DNA of 64,000 nucleotides from an uncultured Verrucomicrobiae bacterium (lineage in GTDB: Bacteria > Verrucomicrobiota > Verrucomicrobiia > Limisphaerales > Palsa-1400): positions 1,504,001 to 1,568,000 of the forward strand of contig CAVXRD010000001.1 of NCBI GenBank assembly GCA_963764165.1, read 5' to 3'. Of the stretch, positions 44,620 through 54,945 are shown in pieces. Below the pieces are notes generated by a model, which had not been told where the DNA came from, searched no databases, and worked only from the letters and a program-made list of their open reading frames with translations. Positions within the stretch are counted from its first letter, which is position 1; each line of letters opens with the position of its first letter. Made by a program: the position numbers and the translations under genes.

Positions 44620-47537
44620 GCACATTACTCGCAAACGAGGCCAGCACGGTTCAGTTTCCGCTCGTAAAGCACGCGGCGGAAATCGGCTGGACTGTCATAT
44701 CAGACGCCGAGGCACTTCGTCGGCGCGGCGGCGAAGCCGGTTTGTTTTTCGACAAAGAACTTGAAGACGCCTTGCTCCGCCTTAATCCCGACATCATCAC
44801 GGCGGAGAACGTGCAGTCTGTCATTCAACGCATGGAGAGCGTGCCGAACACCATTGAGGGCAACCGCGAAATTCTCGAATGGTTGCGCGGCAACAAAACG
44901 GTGTTCGTCGAAAGCGAGAAAAGGCATCGCAACGTTACGCTTTTAGATGTCAAAAACATTGACCGTAATGTTTTTCAAGTCACCTACGAATGGACATTCC
45001 GTGCGTTGAACAAAAAAGGCAATCGTGCGGACGTGATGTTTCTTATCAACGGAGTTCCAGTTGCCATAGTGGAAAATAAAAACCCAAAATTGCCGGATGC
45101 GACCGAACGCGCCATCAAACAACTTCGCCGCTACCAACTGGAAACGCCGGAATTGCTCACCATGTCCCAAGTGTTCAACGTGACGCACTTGATCGAATAC
45201 CTTTACGGCGTCACTTGGAATTATTCGCGCAAGGGCATCTTTGAATGGAAAACCAAGCGCGAAGAAACTTTCCGCAGCGCGGTTCAAGGATTCTTTGACC
45301 GGGGCATCTTTCTGAAAATGCTTGGCGAATGGATTTTATTTTTTCTCAAAGACGATGAATTGCAGAAAACTGTTTTGCGCCAGCACCAGACGCGCGCCGC
45401 TGAAAAAGTTGTGGAGCGCTGTGCCGACCCGAAAAAGAAAACTGGCCTTGTCTGGCATACACAAGGTTCAGGAAAAACTTTTACGCTCATCACGGCGGCA
45501 CGGCTCATTTTGGAAGACAAGGAACGCTTCCCCGGCGCGACGGTGATGCTTGTGGTTGACCGCAACGAATTGGAAGGCCAGTTGTCAGGCTGGGTCGAGC
45601 GACTTGTTGGTGAGGTTCACGGACGCGACATCAAAATTAAATACGCCGACAGCCGCGCAAGGTTGCAGGAATTGTTAGATCAAGATTTTCGCGGCCTTAT
45701 CATTTCGATGATTCACAAGTTTGACGAAATCCGAAAGGATTCATGCAAGCGTTCAGACTTTTTTGTGCTGATAGACGAAGCGCACCGTTCGACTAGCGGT
45801 GATCTTGGCAATTTCCTAATGGGCGCATTACCGAACGCGACGCTGATCGGTTTTACCGGCACGCCGATTGATAGAACGGCCCACGGCAAAGGCACATTTA
45901 AAGTTTTCGGCAAGGAGGACGACAAGGGTTATCTCGACAAGTATTCCATCCGAGAATCCATTGCAGACGGAACGACAGTTATGTTGCGTCACACGTTGGC
46001 GCGAAGTGAAATTCAGCTTCCCGAAGATTTGCTCGAAAAGGAATTCTTGAACATCGTCGAGAGCGAAGGCGTCAGCGACGTGAACGAATTGAACCGCATC
46101 CTTGACCGTGCGGTAAATTTGAAAGCGTTTTTGAAAGCCGACGACCGCGTAGAGAAAGTGGCACAATTCGTCGCAAAACACTTCAAGGAAAACGTCGAGC
46201 CGCTGGGCTACAAAGCATTCCTTGTAGCAGTGGATCGTGAAGCGTGCGCCCTTTACAAAAAGGCACTCGACAAGTATCTACCCCGAGAATACTCGATACC
46301 GATTTATACGAAGAATGCAGCGGACTCCATTGACCGCCCTCTTGTGGCACAAATGCAGTTGGACGAAACCGCCGAGAAGAAAGCCCGCAAAGCGTTTCCG
46401 AAGCCCGACCAATTGCCGAAAATTTTCATCGTCACCGACAAACTTCTCACCGGCTACGACGCGCCCGTTTTGTATTGTATGTATCTCGACAAGCCAATGC
46501 GCGATCACGTCTTACTTCAAGCCGTGGCGCGTGTGAACCGGCCTTACGAGGACGACAAAGGTGTTAAAAAGCCGTGCGGCCTCATCGTTGATTTCATCGG
46601 TATCTTGAAAGAATTGAACAAGGCGCTGGCGTTTGATTCTGACGAAGTGAGGGGTGTAATTGAAGACCTCGACATTTTGCTCGCTCGTTTCAAAGAGTTG
46701 ATGGAAGCCGCTGGCAAATCATACTTGGAAGCCGCTGGCACAAACGGCGGAAGGGACGTGAAGATCGAGAAACTGCTTTACGATATTTTCCTAGACAAGC
46801 AGAAGCGGCAGGAGTTCGTCGAGTTTTTCAAGGAGGTTGAAATGCTTTACGAAATCCTTTCGCCTGATTCCGCGTTGCGTGATTACATAGAAAATTACAA
46901 TAGGCTCGCTGACCTTTACGTCATGCTGAAAAACGCCTATGGCAAGAAAACGACGTTTTACGCAGACATCGCCCACAAAACTGAAATGCTTGTCCGCGAA
47001 AATGCCGCATCTCACGGTCTCGCCAAGATGACCAAGACGGTGGAATTTGACGCAGCGGCATTGCAGGCGTTGAAAGATAAAAAGGGTTCAGACAACGGCA
47101 AGGTAATCAATCTCATAAAAAGCCTCACTAAAAGTGCAACCGACCGAGGCGAGAAAGAGCCATATCTCATTTCGATTGCCGAGCGCGCCGAGTCTGTAAT
47201 GGGTGCGTTGGAAGATCGTCAGGTTTCCACGGCAGACGCGCTTTCGAGAATCGAAGGATTGATGCGGGAAAAACTGGCGGCTGAAAAAGTCCGTAAGGAA
47301 AGTGGGCTTGACCCCGACACGTTTGAGATTTTTTGGTTTTTGCAGCAGCAAGATGTCAAAGACGCTCTCCTTATTGCAAAGGAAATCAATGCGGTATATT
47401 CGCGCTTCCCCAATTCCGCCAGCAATGCGGACGAGCAGCGACAATTGAAAGCCGAGATTTACAAATCATTGCTCCGCGTCGTCAGCGGCAAGCGCATGGT
47501 TGATCTTGCGGAAGAGATTTTACGTCTTAAACAATAA
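44616..47537 (+). CDS. hsdR: Type I restriction endonuclease subunit R
   Basis: [51 protein letters not shown]. Confidence 0.93.
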   Translation: MSTLLANEASTVQFPLVKHAAEIGWTVISDAEALRRRGGEAGLFFDKELEDALLRLNPDIITAENVQSVIQRMESVPNTIEGNREILEWLRGNKTVFVESEKRHRNVTLLDVKNIDRNVFQVTYEWTFRALNKKGNRADVMFLINGVPVAIVENKNPKLPDATERAIKQLRRYQLETPELLTMSQVFNVTHLIEYLYGVTWNYSRKGIFEWKTKREETFRSAVQGFFDRGIFLKMLGEWILFFLKDDELQKTVLRQHQTRAAEKVVERCADPKKKTGLVWHTQGSGKTFTLITAARLILEDKERFPGATVMLVVDRNELEGQLSGWVERLVGEVHGRDIKIKYADSRARLQELLDQDFRGLIISMIHKFDEIRKDSCKRSDFFVLIDEAHRSTSGDLGNFLMGALPNATLIGFTGTPIDRTAHGKGTFKVFGKEDDKGYLDKYSIRESIADGTTVMLRHTLARSEIQLPEDLLEKEFLNIVESEGVSDVNELNRILDRAVNLKAFLKADDRVEKVAQFVAKHFKENVEPLGYKAFLVAVDREACALYKKALDKYLPREYSIPIYTKNAADSIDRPLVAQMQLDETAEKKARKAFPKPDQLPKIFIVTDKLLTGYDAPVLYCMYLDKPMRDHVLLQAVARVNRPYEDDKGVKKPCGLIVDFIGILKELNKALAFDSDEVRGVIEDLDILLARFKELMEAAGKSYLEAAGTNGGRDVKIEKLLYDIFLDKQKRQEFVEFFKEVEMLYEILSPDSALRDYIENYNRLADLYVMLKNAYGKKTTFYADIAHKTEMLVRENAASHGLAKMTKTVEFDAAALQALKDKKGSDNGKVINLIKSLTKSATDRGEKEPYLISIAERAESVMGALEDRQVSTADALSRIEGLMREKLAAEKVRKESGLDPDTFEIFWFLQQQDVKDALLIAKEINAVYSRFPNSASNADEQRQLKAEIYKSLLRVVSGKRMVDLAEEILRLKQ

Positions 47538-47884
47538 TGAAATCACGACACCAAAACGCTGTGCCGTTGGATCAACCTTTCAAAACAAAGGTGCATTCAT
47601 GGGCATTGAGAGTTCGTGTGAAGCCGACGCAAGTCCGCATTCAGAAAATGACTCGCAAATGGGCGTCATGTTCGACTCGCGGATGGATCAGCTTTTCATA
47701 CGACCTTTTGCTTGAGCCGCAACCCTTTCAAGATTATGTGGTCGTTCACGAACTGCTTCACTTGAAAGTCCGCAATCATGGCAAGCTTTTCAAAAGTTTG
47801 CTTTCAGCATATCTACCAGGTTGGAAAAAATTTAGCCTTGAATGTCGCGCTACAAGACCAGTAGGTTCAGGAGCGGTGAAATAA
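47537..47884 (+). CDS. Short YgjP/DUF45 (M48-like) metallopeptidase
   Basis: KWASCS..G, DYVVVHELLHL...NHGK.F. Confidence 0.85.
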   Translation: MKSRHQNAVPLDQPFKTKVHSWALRVRVKPTQVRIQKMTRKWASCSTRGWISFSYDLLLEPQPFQDYVVVHELLHLKVRNHGKLFKSLLSAYLPGWKKFSLECRATRPVGSGAVK

Positions 47885-47901
47885 ACTCACCAAACAAAAT
47901 C

Positions 47902-50589
47902 ATGCCAATTACCTTTAATGAAATTGATGTGGTAGATAACGGCGCTCAGTTTTCCAATGCCGATCTGCACGTTCACTCCTTCGGCGCTTCCCACGATGTC
48001 AAAGATTCCGCGATGACTGTGGAAGCCATCATTGATGAAGCCGTAAAAATTGGCATTCAAATTTTGGCTATCACCGACCACAACACAGATGCAAACACGC
48101 AGAAGAGCATTGATTATGCGCAAAAATATACTGGCCAGATTCTCGTGCTGCCCGGTGTTGAAATTACGACCGCACATGGCCATCTTCTTGTTTATTTTTC
48201 CCCGATTAAAGCCGCGAATGTCCGTAATTTATTAGCAAAGATAAATGTTGTCGGCAACCTCGGCGATCAAAACAGTCACACTGCCATGTCCATGGCTGAT
48301 GTGATCAAAGAAGCTGAGCTTTTGGGCGGCATCTGTGTCGCCGCGCACATCGATAGAGTAAAAACTGGCTTTGAAATGCAGATTCAAGGTTATCCCAATT
48401 GGAAGAAAGACATCATGCTGAGTCCTGGGCTTTACGGCTTGGAATTCGATATCCCGACAAATCTTGGTTGGTATTCAGATACGGACGAGCCGACCACAAA
48501 CGGCACGGAACGGAAGCAAATCGCCCGGACCAGGGCAAATGTGCCGCAAATCATGGGGCGTCCCCACTTGGCTCGCATTCAAGGGTCTGACGCACATACG
48601 CTCAAGATTTTCACCACAGGTCGAAGTGGCAAAATTCTTACGCGATTTAAACTCACCGAGCTAAATTACGACGCGTTTAGAACCGCTCTATCTGACCCGG
48701 AAGCTCGCGTCCGGGCCGTGGCAACAATTCCACGCACATTGCCTCGCATTCTAGGAATGAAGATAGCCGGGGGGTTTCTGAATGGAGAAACCTACCATTT
48801 TAGTGATAATTTGAACTGCTTCATCGGCGGCCGTGGAACCGGAAAATCTTCTGCGCTCCAAACGCTTGCGCACGGCCTGGGGCTTAACGACGAAATGAAT
48901 ACGCACGATAACTGCCCTGGGTCCGTAGTTGTATATTGTGAAGACACGAATGGAATCCGTTATCGGTATGAACGAATGCAGGGATCAAAGCCCGTTGTAA
49001 GGGCAAAAAATGACCTAGATATTAACGATGTTCCGATTGATGCTTTTCGAGTTGAATATTATCAGCAAGGTGAGTTGGCGGAAGTTGCAAAAAACCCTCT
49101 TAAAAACCCAGGCTTGCTTCAACAATTTTTGGACAGACACCTATTATTATCTGATCTCCTCGGCAAAGAGGAACAGTTGGTCACAGCCCTTGAACAAAAC
49201 AGTGCGCAGCTTATTCCACTTGAGGTCAGCGCCGGCCAACTCACTGGGAAAAAACAGATTCTCGCAGATATAAACAAGAAATTGTCTATCGCAGAGGCCG
49301 GAAAATTGAAGGACATAGCGGCCGAACAAAGTTGTCTGGCCAATGAAAAGAATTTTGCAATATCACTCGAACAAATCGGAAATGAGTATGCGCGCGGTTT
49401 AACCCTTTCAAATTTTGCCCGCGATTATGGAACAATCGAGGCCACCGTTGCCCCGCTGACAAATTCGCCCGCCTGTAACGCCACACTCCTCAAAATTAAG
49501 AATGCAATCGAAGTGGTGAACACATTCTTAGATGAAAAGGAAAAGGATATTAAGGCAAAATTTAACAGTGCATCAAAAGAGATTACGGCTGCATTGGCCG
49601 AGTTGAAACAGATCCATAGCCAGCTGGAAACACAATTGAACGTCAAAATAAAAGAACTCCAGCAAAAAGGTCTGTCAGGAAGTATTACCGAGCTACAGAA
49701 TTTTCTCACCCAAAAGGGTGCAGTAACGCTCGAAATCAATAAAATCAACACCCAGGCACCACAGTTGAAACAGTTGAGGCAGGATAGACAGCAATATTTG
49801 ACCGATCTCGAAAATCTCCGGGAGGAAATTATGAAACGGAGAAAAGGACAGCTAAATTCGATCAATCAAAATCTCGCCGCGACCATTGAGGATTACACGG
49901 TCTTCGTGCATTACGAGCCGAGTGGAATAATCGACGCGTTCAAGAAGTTTATTCTCGAGAAGATGCAAGGAACGTATTTTCAAGAAGACGCAGCAGAACA
50001 ATTTTGTTCCCATATTACGCCACCAGCACTTGCAAAATTTGTGCTCGATGAGAACTTTACTGAAATTAGTAATGTTACCGGCGTCACCAAAGAATGGGCG
50101 GGACAGATTTGCAAAAAGCTCCGATTTTATCAACAACTTCACGCGTTGGAAGTTATGTGGAAAACGCCATGTCCCATTATTTCTGTGAAAACGAAAGGCG
50201 CGAAGCCGAAAAGTATCCCGGTTAATCAACTTTCGGACGGCCAGAAACACACCATTATGCTGACCATCGCCATGCTGGCAGAATCAAACATTCCATTGGT
50301 GATTGATCAACCGGAAGATGATTTGGATAATGCTTTTATTTTTTCGGCCGTTGTCAAAGCACTCCGTTCGATTAAGGAGCGAAGGCAGGTCATACTCGTT
50401 ACACACAATGCTAACATAGCTGTTTTGGGGGACGCCGAATTACTTTTGCCAATGCGACGAAACGGTGATGGAGGAACCGCCTTCGATCTTGGTTCAATTG
50501 ATAAAACCGAAACAAAAAAGACAGTTTTGAATATTCTTGAAGGTGGAGATTTAGCCTTCCGGCGCAGACGTGAAATTTACGGTTACTAA
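47902..50589 (+). CDS. PHP phosphoesterase + ABC/SMC-type ATPase (Ppl/TrlF-like defence protein)
   Basis: DLHVHS, AITDHN, GSDAH; GGRGTGKS, coiled coil, LSDGQK, VIDQPEDDLDN, VTHNANI. Confidence 0.88.
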   Translation: MPITFNEIDVVDNGAQFSNADLHVHSFGASHDVKDSAMTVEAIIDEAVKIGIQILAITDHNTDANTQKSIDYAQKYTGQILVLPGVEITTAHGHLLVYFSPIKAANVRNLLAKINVVGNLGDQNSHTAMSMADVIKEAELLGGICVAAHIDRVKTGFEMQIQGYPNWKKDIMLSPGLYGLEFDIPTNLGWYSDTDEPTTNGTERKQIARTRANVPQIMGRPHLARIQGSDAHTLKIFTTGRSGKILTRFKLTELNYDAFRTALSDPEARVRAVATIPRTLPRILGMKIAGGFLNGETYHFSDNLNCFIGGRGTGKSSALQTLAHGLGLNDEMNTHDNCPGSVVVYCEDTNGIRYRYERMQGSKPVVRAKNDLDINDVPIDAFRVEYYQQGELAEVAKNPLKNPGLLQQFLDRHLLLSDLLGKEEQLVTALEQNSAQLIPLEVSAGQLTGKKQILADINKKLSIAEAGKLKDIAAEQSCLANEKNFAISLEQIGNEYARGLTLSNFARDYGTIEATVAPLTNSPACNATLLKIKNAIEVVNTFLDEKEKDIKAKFNSASKEITAALAELKQIHSQLETQLNVKIKELQQKGLSGSITELQNFLTQKGAVTLEINKINTQAPQLKQLRQDRQQYLTDLENLREEIMKRRKGQLNSINQNLAATIEDYTVFVHYEPSGIIDAFKKFILEKMQGTYFQEDAAEQFCSHITPPALAKFVLDENFTEISNVTGVTKEWAGQICKKLRFYQQLHALEVMWKTPCPIISVKTKGAKPKSIPVNQLSDGQKHTIMLTIAMLAESNIPLVIDQPEDDLDNAFIFSAVVKALRSIKERRQVILVTHNANIAVLGDAELLLPMRRNGDGGTAFDLGSIDKTETKKTVLNILEGGDLAFRRRREIYGY

Positions 50590-50741
50590 TGTTTGTTTTC
50601 ACTTGATCCGATTTTCCGCTATCGCTCCCAACGTGTTTGTGACATGCCTGTCCCCCCACATCACGGGCTACATACATGGTATGTAGGGGCTGACGCCCAT
50701 CACTATTGAATTGCACGGCTTAACCGCCGCACCAACTAGCT

Positions 50742-50865
50742 CCCCAACGTGTCGTCGGCCAGGCCGACTGTTTGCTTTTTCCCTGCGGGCTTCGGGATAA
50801 CGGACATCTAACCGCTGTCCTTTACCAAAAATCAAACAGTCGGTCTAACCGCCGACACGTTGGGG
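50742..50865. repeat. 39-bp imperfect inverted repeat
   Basis: Arms 50742-50780 and 50827-50865 match at 34/39 positions (hand count). Confidence 0.75.
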
Positions 50866-51119
50866 CACTGGTTTTTGGAAAAGGGGTTATCACCCCGACG
50901 ACCGGTCCGTTATCACGCAGCGTTCACGCATGAAGCGTGGAGGACGACGGGTTGACTGCCATCACAAGTTCGTTCGTGATGCCACGACCGACGACCGTCC
51001 GGAGAAAAAGCGCTGCCGCGCCGCAGGCGCGACCGATTTTCCCGTTGAGCACGAATTTGCCGATTTCGCCAAATCCAGCAGTCTTTGATCGAATCCCCGT
51101 TCCGGTAATCTTGACGCAT

Positions 51120-51353
51120 ATGAAAAACACAAACAAAGAGGAAGCAAATGTGCCCGGTGCGTCAGAAGCGAGCCATGAAAAGAAGGCCGACATTACGAAA
51201 CTGCCCCGCATGGAAATGTATGCCGTTTTGGGCTTGGAATTAAGTCAGAAGATTTTCGAAAAATTGATCGAAGTTGAGGAATCAGTTGAGATTTTGGCGC
51301 GCCAGAAGGCGCGGGAGTTGCATACCGAGCAGCCGGAAGCCACAGGCAGATAG
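51120..51353 (+). CDS. Small hypothetical protein
   Basis: MKNTNKEE...LGLELSQKIFEKLIEVEESVEILARQK, helical; co-oriented with the coupling protein gene. Confidence 0.4.
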   Translation: MKNTNKEEANVPGASEASHEKKADITKLPRMEMYAVLGLELSQKIFEKLIEVEESVEILARQKARELHTEQPEATGR

Positions 51354-51361
51354 CCCATTCG

Positions 51362-51514
51362 GGTTCCAAAACCAGCCGCCATTACCCCGCCTACTCGCAC
51401 CAAAAGCGGTTGTCGGCGTTTGCGTGCGGTCATACCCCGCACTCATGCCGCAACTAACTTTCAAACGACACGGGGAAGTTCGGTCCGGCGGGAGTGGCGG
51501 CTGGTTTTGGAACC
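51362..51514. repeat. 20-bp perfect inverted repeat abutting the coupling-protein start codon
   Basis: GGTTCCAAAACCAGCCGCCA at 51362-51381; reverse complement at 51495-51514; ATG at 51515. Confidence 0.8.
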
Positions 51515-52798
51515 ATGAATCTAAATACCCCCATCGTGATCGGTGAGCGTGACGGCTGGGGTGACTCACACCCTTTCGGCATTTCGGCTGGGGATCATTG
51601 CCACCATATATATATTATTGGCAAAACCGGCTCAGGCAAAACAACATTGCTCCGCAACTTGCTTATTCAGCATATTGCACTTGGTCATGGGGTCGCGTTG
51701 ATTGATCCCCACGGCGATCTTGCCGAGGAATTGTTGAATCACATACCACCTGATCGAACCGACCATCTGGTATATTTCAATCCAGGTGATCTTGAATTTC
51801 CCGTTGGCCTGAATTTGCTGGCGAACGTGGAGCAGGACGACCGTCATCTTGTCGCATCTGGGATTGTCGGCGCTTTCAAAAACATCTGGCGTGATTCATG
51901 GGGTCCGCGCATGGAATATATTTTTTACAATGCCGTGGCCGCGCTGTTGGATTGTCCCAACACGACCCTTTTGGGCGTAAACCGGATGCTCACCGACGAA
52001 ACATATAGGGCATGGGTCATCCGGCAGATCAAAGACCCGTTCATCAAGGCATTTTGGTCGGAGGAATTTGCAAGCTATGACCCGCGCTTTCAGCGCGAAG
52101 CCATCGCCCCGATCCAGAACAAGCTGGGCCAGTTTCTTTTGAATCCAGTCATCAGAAACATTTTGGGCCAGGTCAAAACAAAAGTGAGCATTCCGTTTAC
52201 GATGGATCATGGACGCATTTTCATTGCCAATCTCTCCAAAGGCCGCCTGGGCCATGACAAGGCGAACCTGCTTGGTTCCCTCTTGACCACGCAATTCCAG
52301 TTGGCGGCAATGGCCCGCGCCAAAATCCCAGAATCCCAACGGCGTCCTTTTTTCCTTTATATCGACGAATTTCAAAACTTCTCTACCGACGCCTTCGCAT
52401 CCATTTTGGCCGAAGCCCGCAAATATCGACTCTGTCTGACAATCTCCCACCAATACATTGACCAACTCACGCTGCCGGTCCGCCAAGCGGTGTTTGGGAA
52501 CGTGGGCACCCTGATTTCCTTCCGTGTCGGATATGCGGACGCGGAGGTCTTGGAAAAGGAATTTGGCAATGCTTTTCCCCCAAGTGCTCTTGCCGACCTT
52601 GGGCGTTATGAGGCAGTTGTGAAATTGCTTGAGAACGGAGCAAACCGGGAACCGTTTCGGGCGAAAACCGTTGCTCCACTAGAAAACCGAATGGGCCGAA
52701 AAGACAAACTCATCGCCCGGTCACGGGAGCGGTTTGCAACTCTGCGAATCAGTATCGAAGAAAAGTTGAATCGCTGGATCGAAACGCATTCCTTTTGA
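51515..52798 (+). CDS. Type IV secretion coupling protein-like ATPase (TraD/TrwB/VirD4), no TM anchor
   Basis: HIYIIGKTGSGKT, IDPHGD, YIDEFQNF, EARKY...HQY..QL. Confidence 0.85.
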   Translation: MNLNTPIVIGERDGWGDSHPFGISAGDHCHHIYIIGKTGSGKTTLLRNLLIQHIALGHGVALIDPHGDLAEELLNHIPPDRTDHLVYFNPGDLEFPVGLNLLANVEQDDRHLVASGIVGAFKNIWRDSWGPRMEYIFYNAVAALLDCPNTTLLGVNRMLTDETYRAWVIRQIKDPFIKAFWSEEFASYDPRFQREAIAPIQNKLGQFLLNPVIRNILGQVKTKVSIPFTMDHGRIFIANLSKGRLGHDKANLLGSLLTTQFQLAAMARAKIPESQRRPFFLYIDEFQNFSTDAFASILAEARKYRLCLTISHQYIDQLTLPVRQAVFGNVGTLISFRVGYADAEVLEKEFGNAFPPSALADLGRYEAVVKLLENGANREPFRAKTVAPLENRMGRKDKLIARSRERFATLRISIEEKLNRWIETHSF

Positions 52799-52805
52799 AG
52801 GCCGG

Positions 52806-53258
52806 TCATCCCGAACTCCGACAGGATTCCACGAAGGCAACGAAATCATCGTTCTGAAACACTTTCGATTTTTCCCAAACAGCGTGCGGAATCGGGAGCG
52901 AAAAGAATGCGCAGACATCCCGTTGCAAACCTTCCTGTCGAATAACGAGTTCATCCTTAAGCGATTCGTATACGCTGCTCAGATGGAGCACGACCATAGT
53001 GACGAATTCGTGCTCCCCGGGACTGATGGGGATTCTTGACAGATCAGCAGAACTGTCAAGAACTCGCGCGAGTTCCGGGTGGCGGAAGAATTCTCGCCAC
53101 ACGTCCCGATGATTCGATGTCAGGGCGATGAGATTTGCGACTCGCTGCGTCTTGGTTGCGGATCGTAGCGAGCTTGCGGTAAGAAAAAGACCGCCGACCA
53201 CTCCAACGGCGTTTAACAGTGTCACCCAATTGTCGGCTATCCAGCGGGGGCCTTCCAT
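52806..53258 (-). CDS. Hypothetical protein with N-terminal TM helix
   Basis: Clean ORF; one TM segment then a soluble domain. Confidence 0.55.
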   Translation of the reverse strand: MEGPRWIADNWVTLLNAVGVVGGLFLTASSLRSATKTQRVANLIALTSNHRDVWREFFRHPELARVLDSSADLSRIPISPGEHEFVTMVVLHLSSVYESLKDELVIRQEGLQRDVCAFFSLPIPHAVWEKSKVFQNDDFVAFVESCRSSG

Positions 53259-53298
53259 CGCCCCATGCTAGCACGCGTGAAAGAAGGCAGCAACGAGG

Positions 53299-53541
53299 TC
53301 AGAGCCGGTCGGGAATATCCGATTTGGCGAGCACAAGCGTCTTACGAGGAATTCTTACCATCCGCTCGTCGGGTCCACAGCCAGCGGAAGGCGGGAGCGC
53401 CCCTGCCAAATTGGTGATGTCAATGCCGATGACGGCAAAATCGCCGCCTTCGAGTTCCCAAATATCCGGGCACCCATGACAACCGACGCTTTTTGCGCCA
53501 TTCTCGTGCGGATCAGGGCCAATGCGTTTGATAAAAGTCAT
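53299..53541 (-). CDS. Small conserved-looking hypothetical protein (CPDIWEL..GDFAVIG)
   Basis: Clean 80-aa ORF, divergent from an XRE gene. Confidence 0.6.
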   Translation of the reverse strand: MTFIKRIGPDPHENGAKSVGCHGCPDIWELEGGDFAVIGIDITNLAGALPPSAGCGPDERMVRIPRKTLVLAKSDIPDRL

Positions 53542-53601
53542 GCGTCACTTCTAACTATAGTGAGATGCGTTGTCAAACTCTTTTGCGGCTAGTTTTCCAC
53601 G

Positions 53602-53871
53602 GTGGTAACCGACAAATCGCAGCAGGCCGTTTGCTCCCGTGTCGCGCATCTTTTGCGGCAGGAACGAGAGAGGCGCGGCCTATCCATGAATCTGGTGGCC
53701 GAGCGAGCGGGTTTATCCCAGCAAATGGTGAGCTACGTTGAACGCGGAATGCGCAACCCCACCTTGGAAACGCTCTTGCGTATCGCCGCCGCGATGGAGA
53801 TCAACCTCTCGGAGATACTCAATCAAGCAATGATAGAGACTCGGAAAGTTGCCGCAAAGCGCAAAGCCTAA
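53602..53871 (+). CDS. XRE-family HTH regulator
   Basis: RERRGLSMNLVAERAGLSQQMVSYVERGMRNPTL. Confidence 0.88.
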   Translation: MVTDKSQQAVCSRVAHLLRQERERRGLSMNLVAERAGLSQQMVSYVERGMRNPTLETLLRIAAAMEINLSEILNQAMIETRKVAAKRKA

Positions 53872-53909
53872 CGGCTTCCCCGCCTGTCCTCGCCTGATAT
53901 TCTGGACGG

Positions 53910-54821
53910 ATGTCATCCCGACGTCCTCCACGTTTCAAACGCACACCCACGGTTGCCCCGATGGAGCTTACGGAACGAGATCGTGCGATCATCCGGTTGA
54001 TCTATCGGCACCGCTTTTTGCGTTCATCCCACATCGTCTCGCTCATGGGCGGCAGCCGACAGCAGATTTTACGGAGATTGCAATTGATGTATCACCACGG
54101 ATTTCTGGACCGGCCACGCATTCAGATTGAATACTATTATCAGGGCGGCTCCCGGCAGATCGTTTACGGTCTTGGAAAGAAAGGTCGTTCTCTTCTGAAA
54201 CAGGAAGCCAATACGGAATCCCCATCTTTCCAATTTGAGGGGAACATCAGTCTGCCCCACCGAGTCTTCTTTGAGCACGCCGTTCTGGTGTCCGACATTA
54301 TGGTGGCCATTGAACTAGCCTGCCGCAAAGTGCAGGGTGTCCATCTGCTTATGGGAGAGGAATTGCCCCTTGCCGGTGGTGTCCACCGGAAACTCAAATG
54401 GAGGGTCAAAGTGAACAGGCGGGTGTTGCCCTATATCATACCTGACAGGGTGTTTGCGCTCATTTTCAAGGAGTCCCCCGACCAATCTCCCGGCCTCTTT
54501 TTCCTCGAAGCCGACCGGGGAACCATGCCCATTGTCCGCCAAAATCTCTCCCAATCCTCCTTTTACCGGAAGCTCTTGGCATATGAGTCCACATGGACAC
54601 AAGGATTGCACCGCACGCGGTTTGGATACCACCGCTTCCGGGTCCTCACCGTGACCACGAGCGCCGCGCGGGCGGAGTCGCTTGTGGCGGCATGTTCGCA
54701 GTTGAAAAGTGGACATGGCCTGTTTCTCTTTGCCGACCAGGCGGCACTCAAAAGGCACGGCGATATTTTGACGTTTTCGTGGAAAACCGGCAGAGGCGAG
54801 ACAGCCAAGATATTGCCGTAA
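53910..54821 (+). CDS. Replication-relaxation family protein (Replic_Relax-like)
   Basis: LTERDRAI...HRFL, EH..LV.D, IPD..F, FFLEADRGTM, KL.AY, FRVLTVT. Confidence 0.82.
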   Translation: MSSRRPPRFKRTPTVAPMELTERDRAIIRLIYRHRFLRSSHIVSLMGGSRQQILRRLQLMYHHGFLDRPRIQIEYYYQGGSRQIVYGLGKKGRSLLKQEANTESPSFQFEGNISLPHRVFFEHAVLVSDIMVAIELACRKVQGVHLLMGEELPLAGGVHRKLKWRVKVNRRVLPYIIPDRVFALIFKESPDQSPGLFFLEADRGTMPIVRQNLSQSSFYRKLLAYESTWTQGLHRTRFGYHRFRVLTVTTSAARAESLVAACSQLKSGHGLFLFADQAALKRHGDILTFSWKTGRGETAKILP

Positions 54822-54945
54822 ACGGCAAACCACACAGTCTATTAGAGAGTCATCACACGGCATACGATATTCCCCAGAGACGGTTCATTTCGTGAGCCGC
54901 ACTTAGTTCTTCATTAGTTCGTTGACAATTAACCCAAGGAATATC

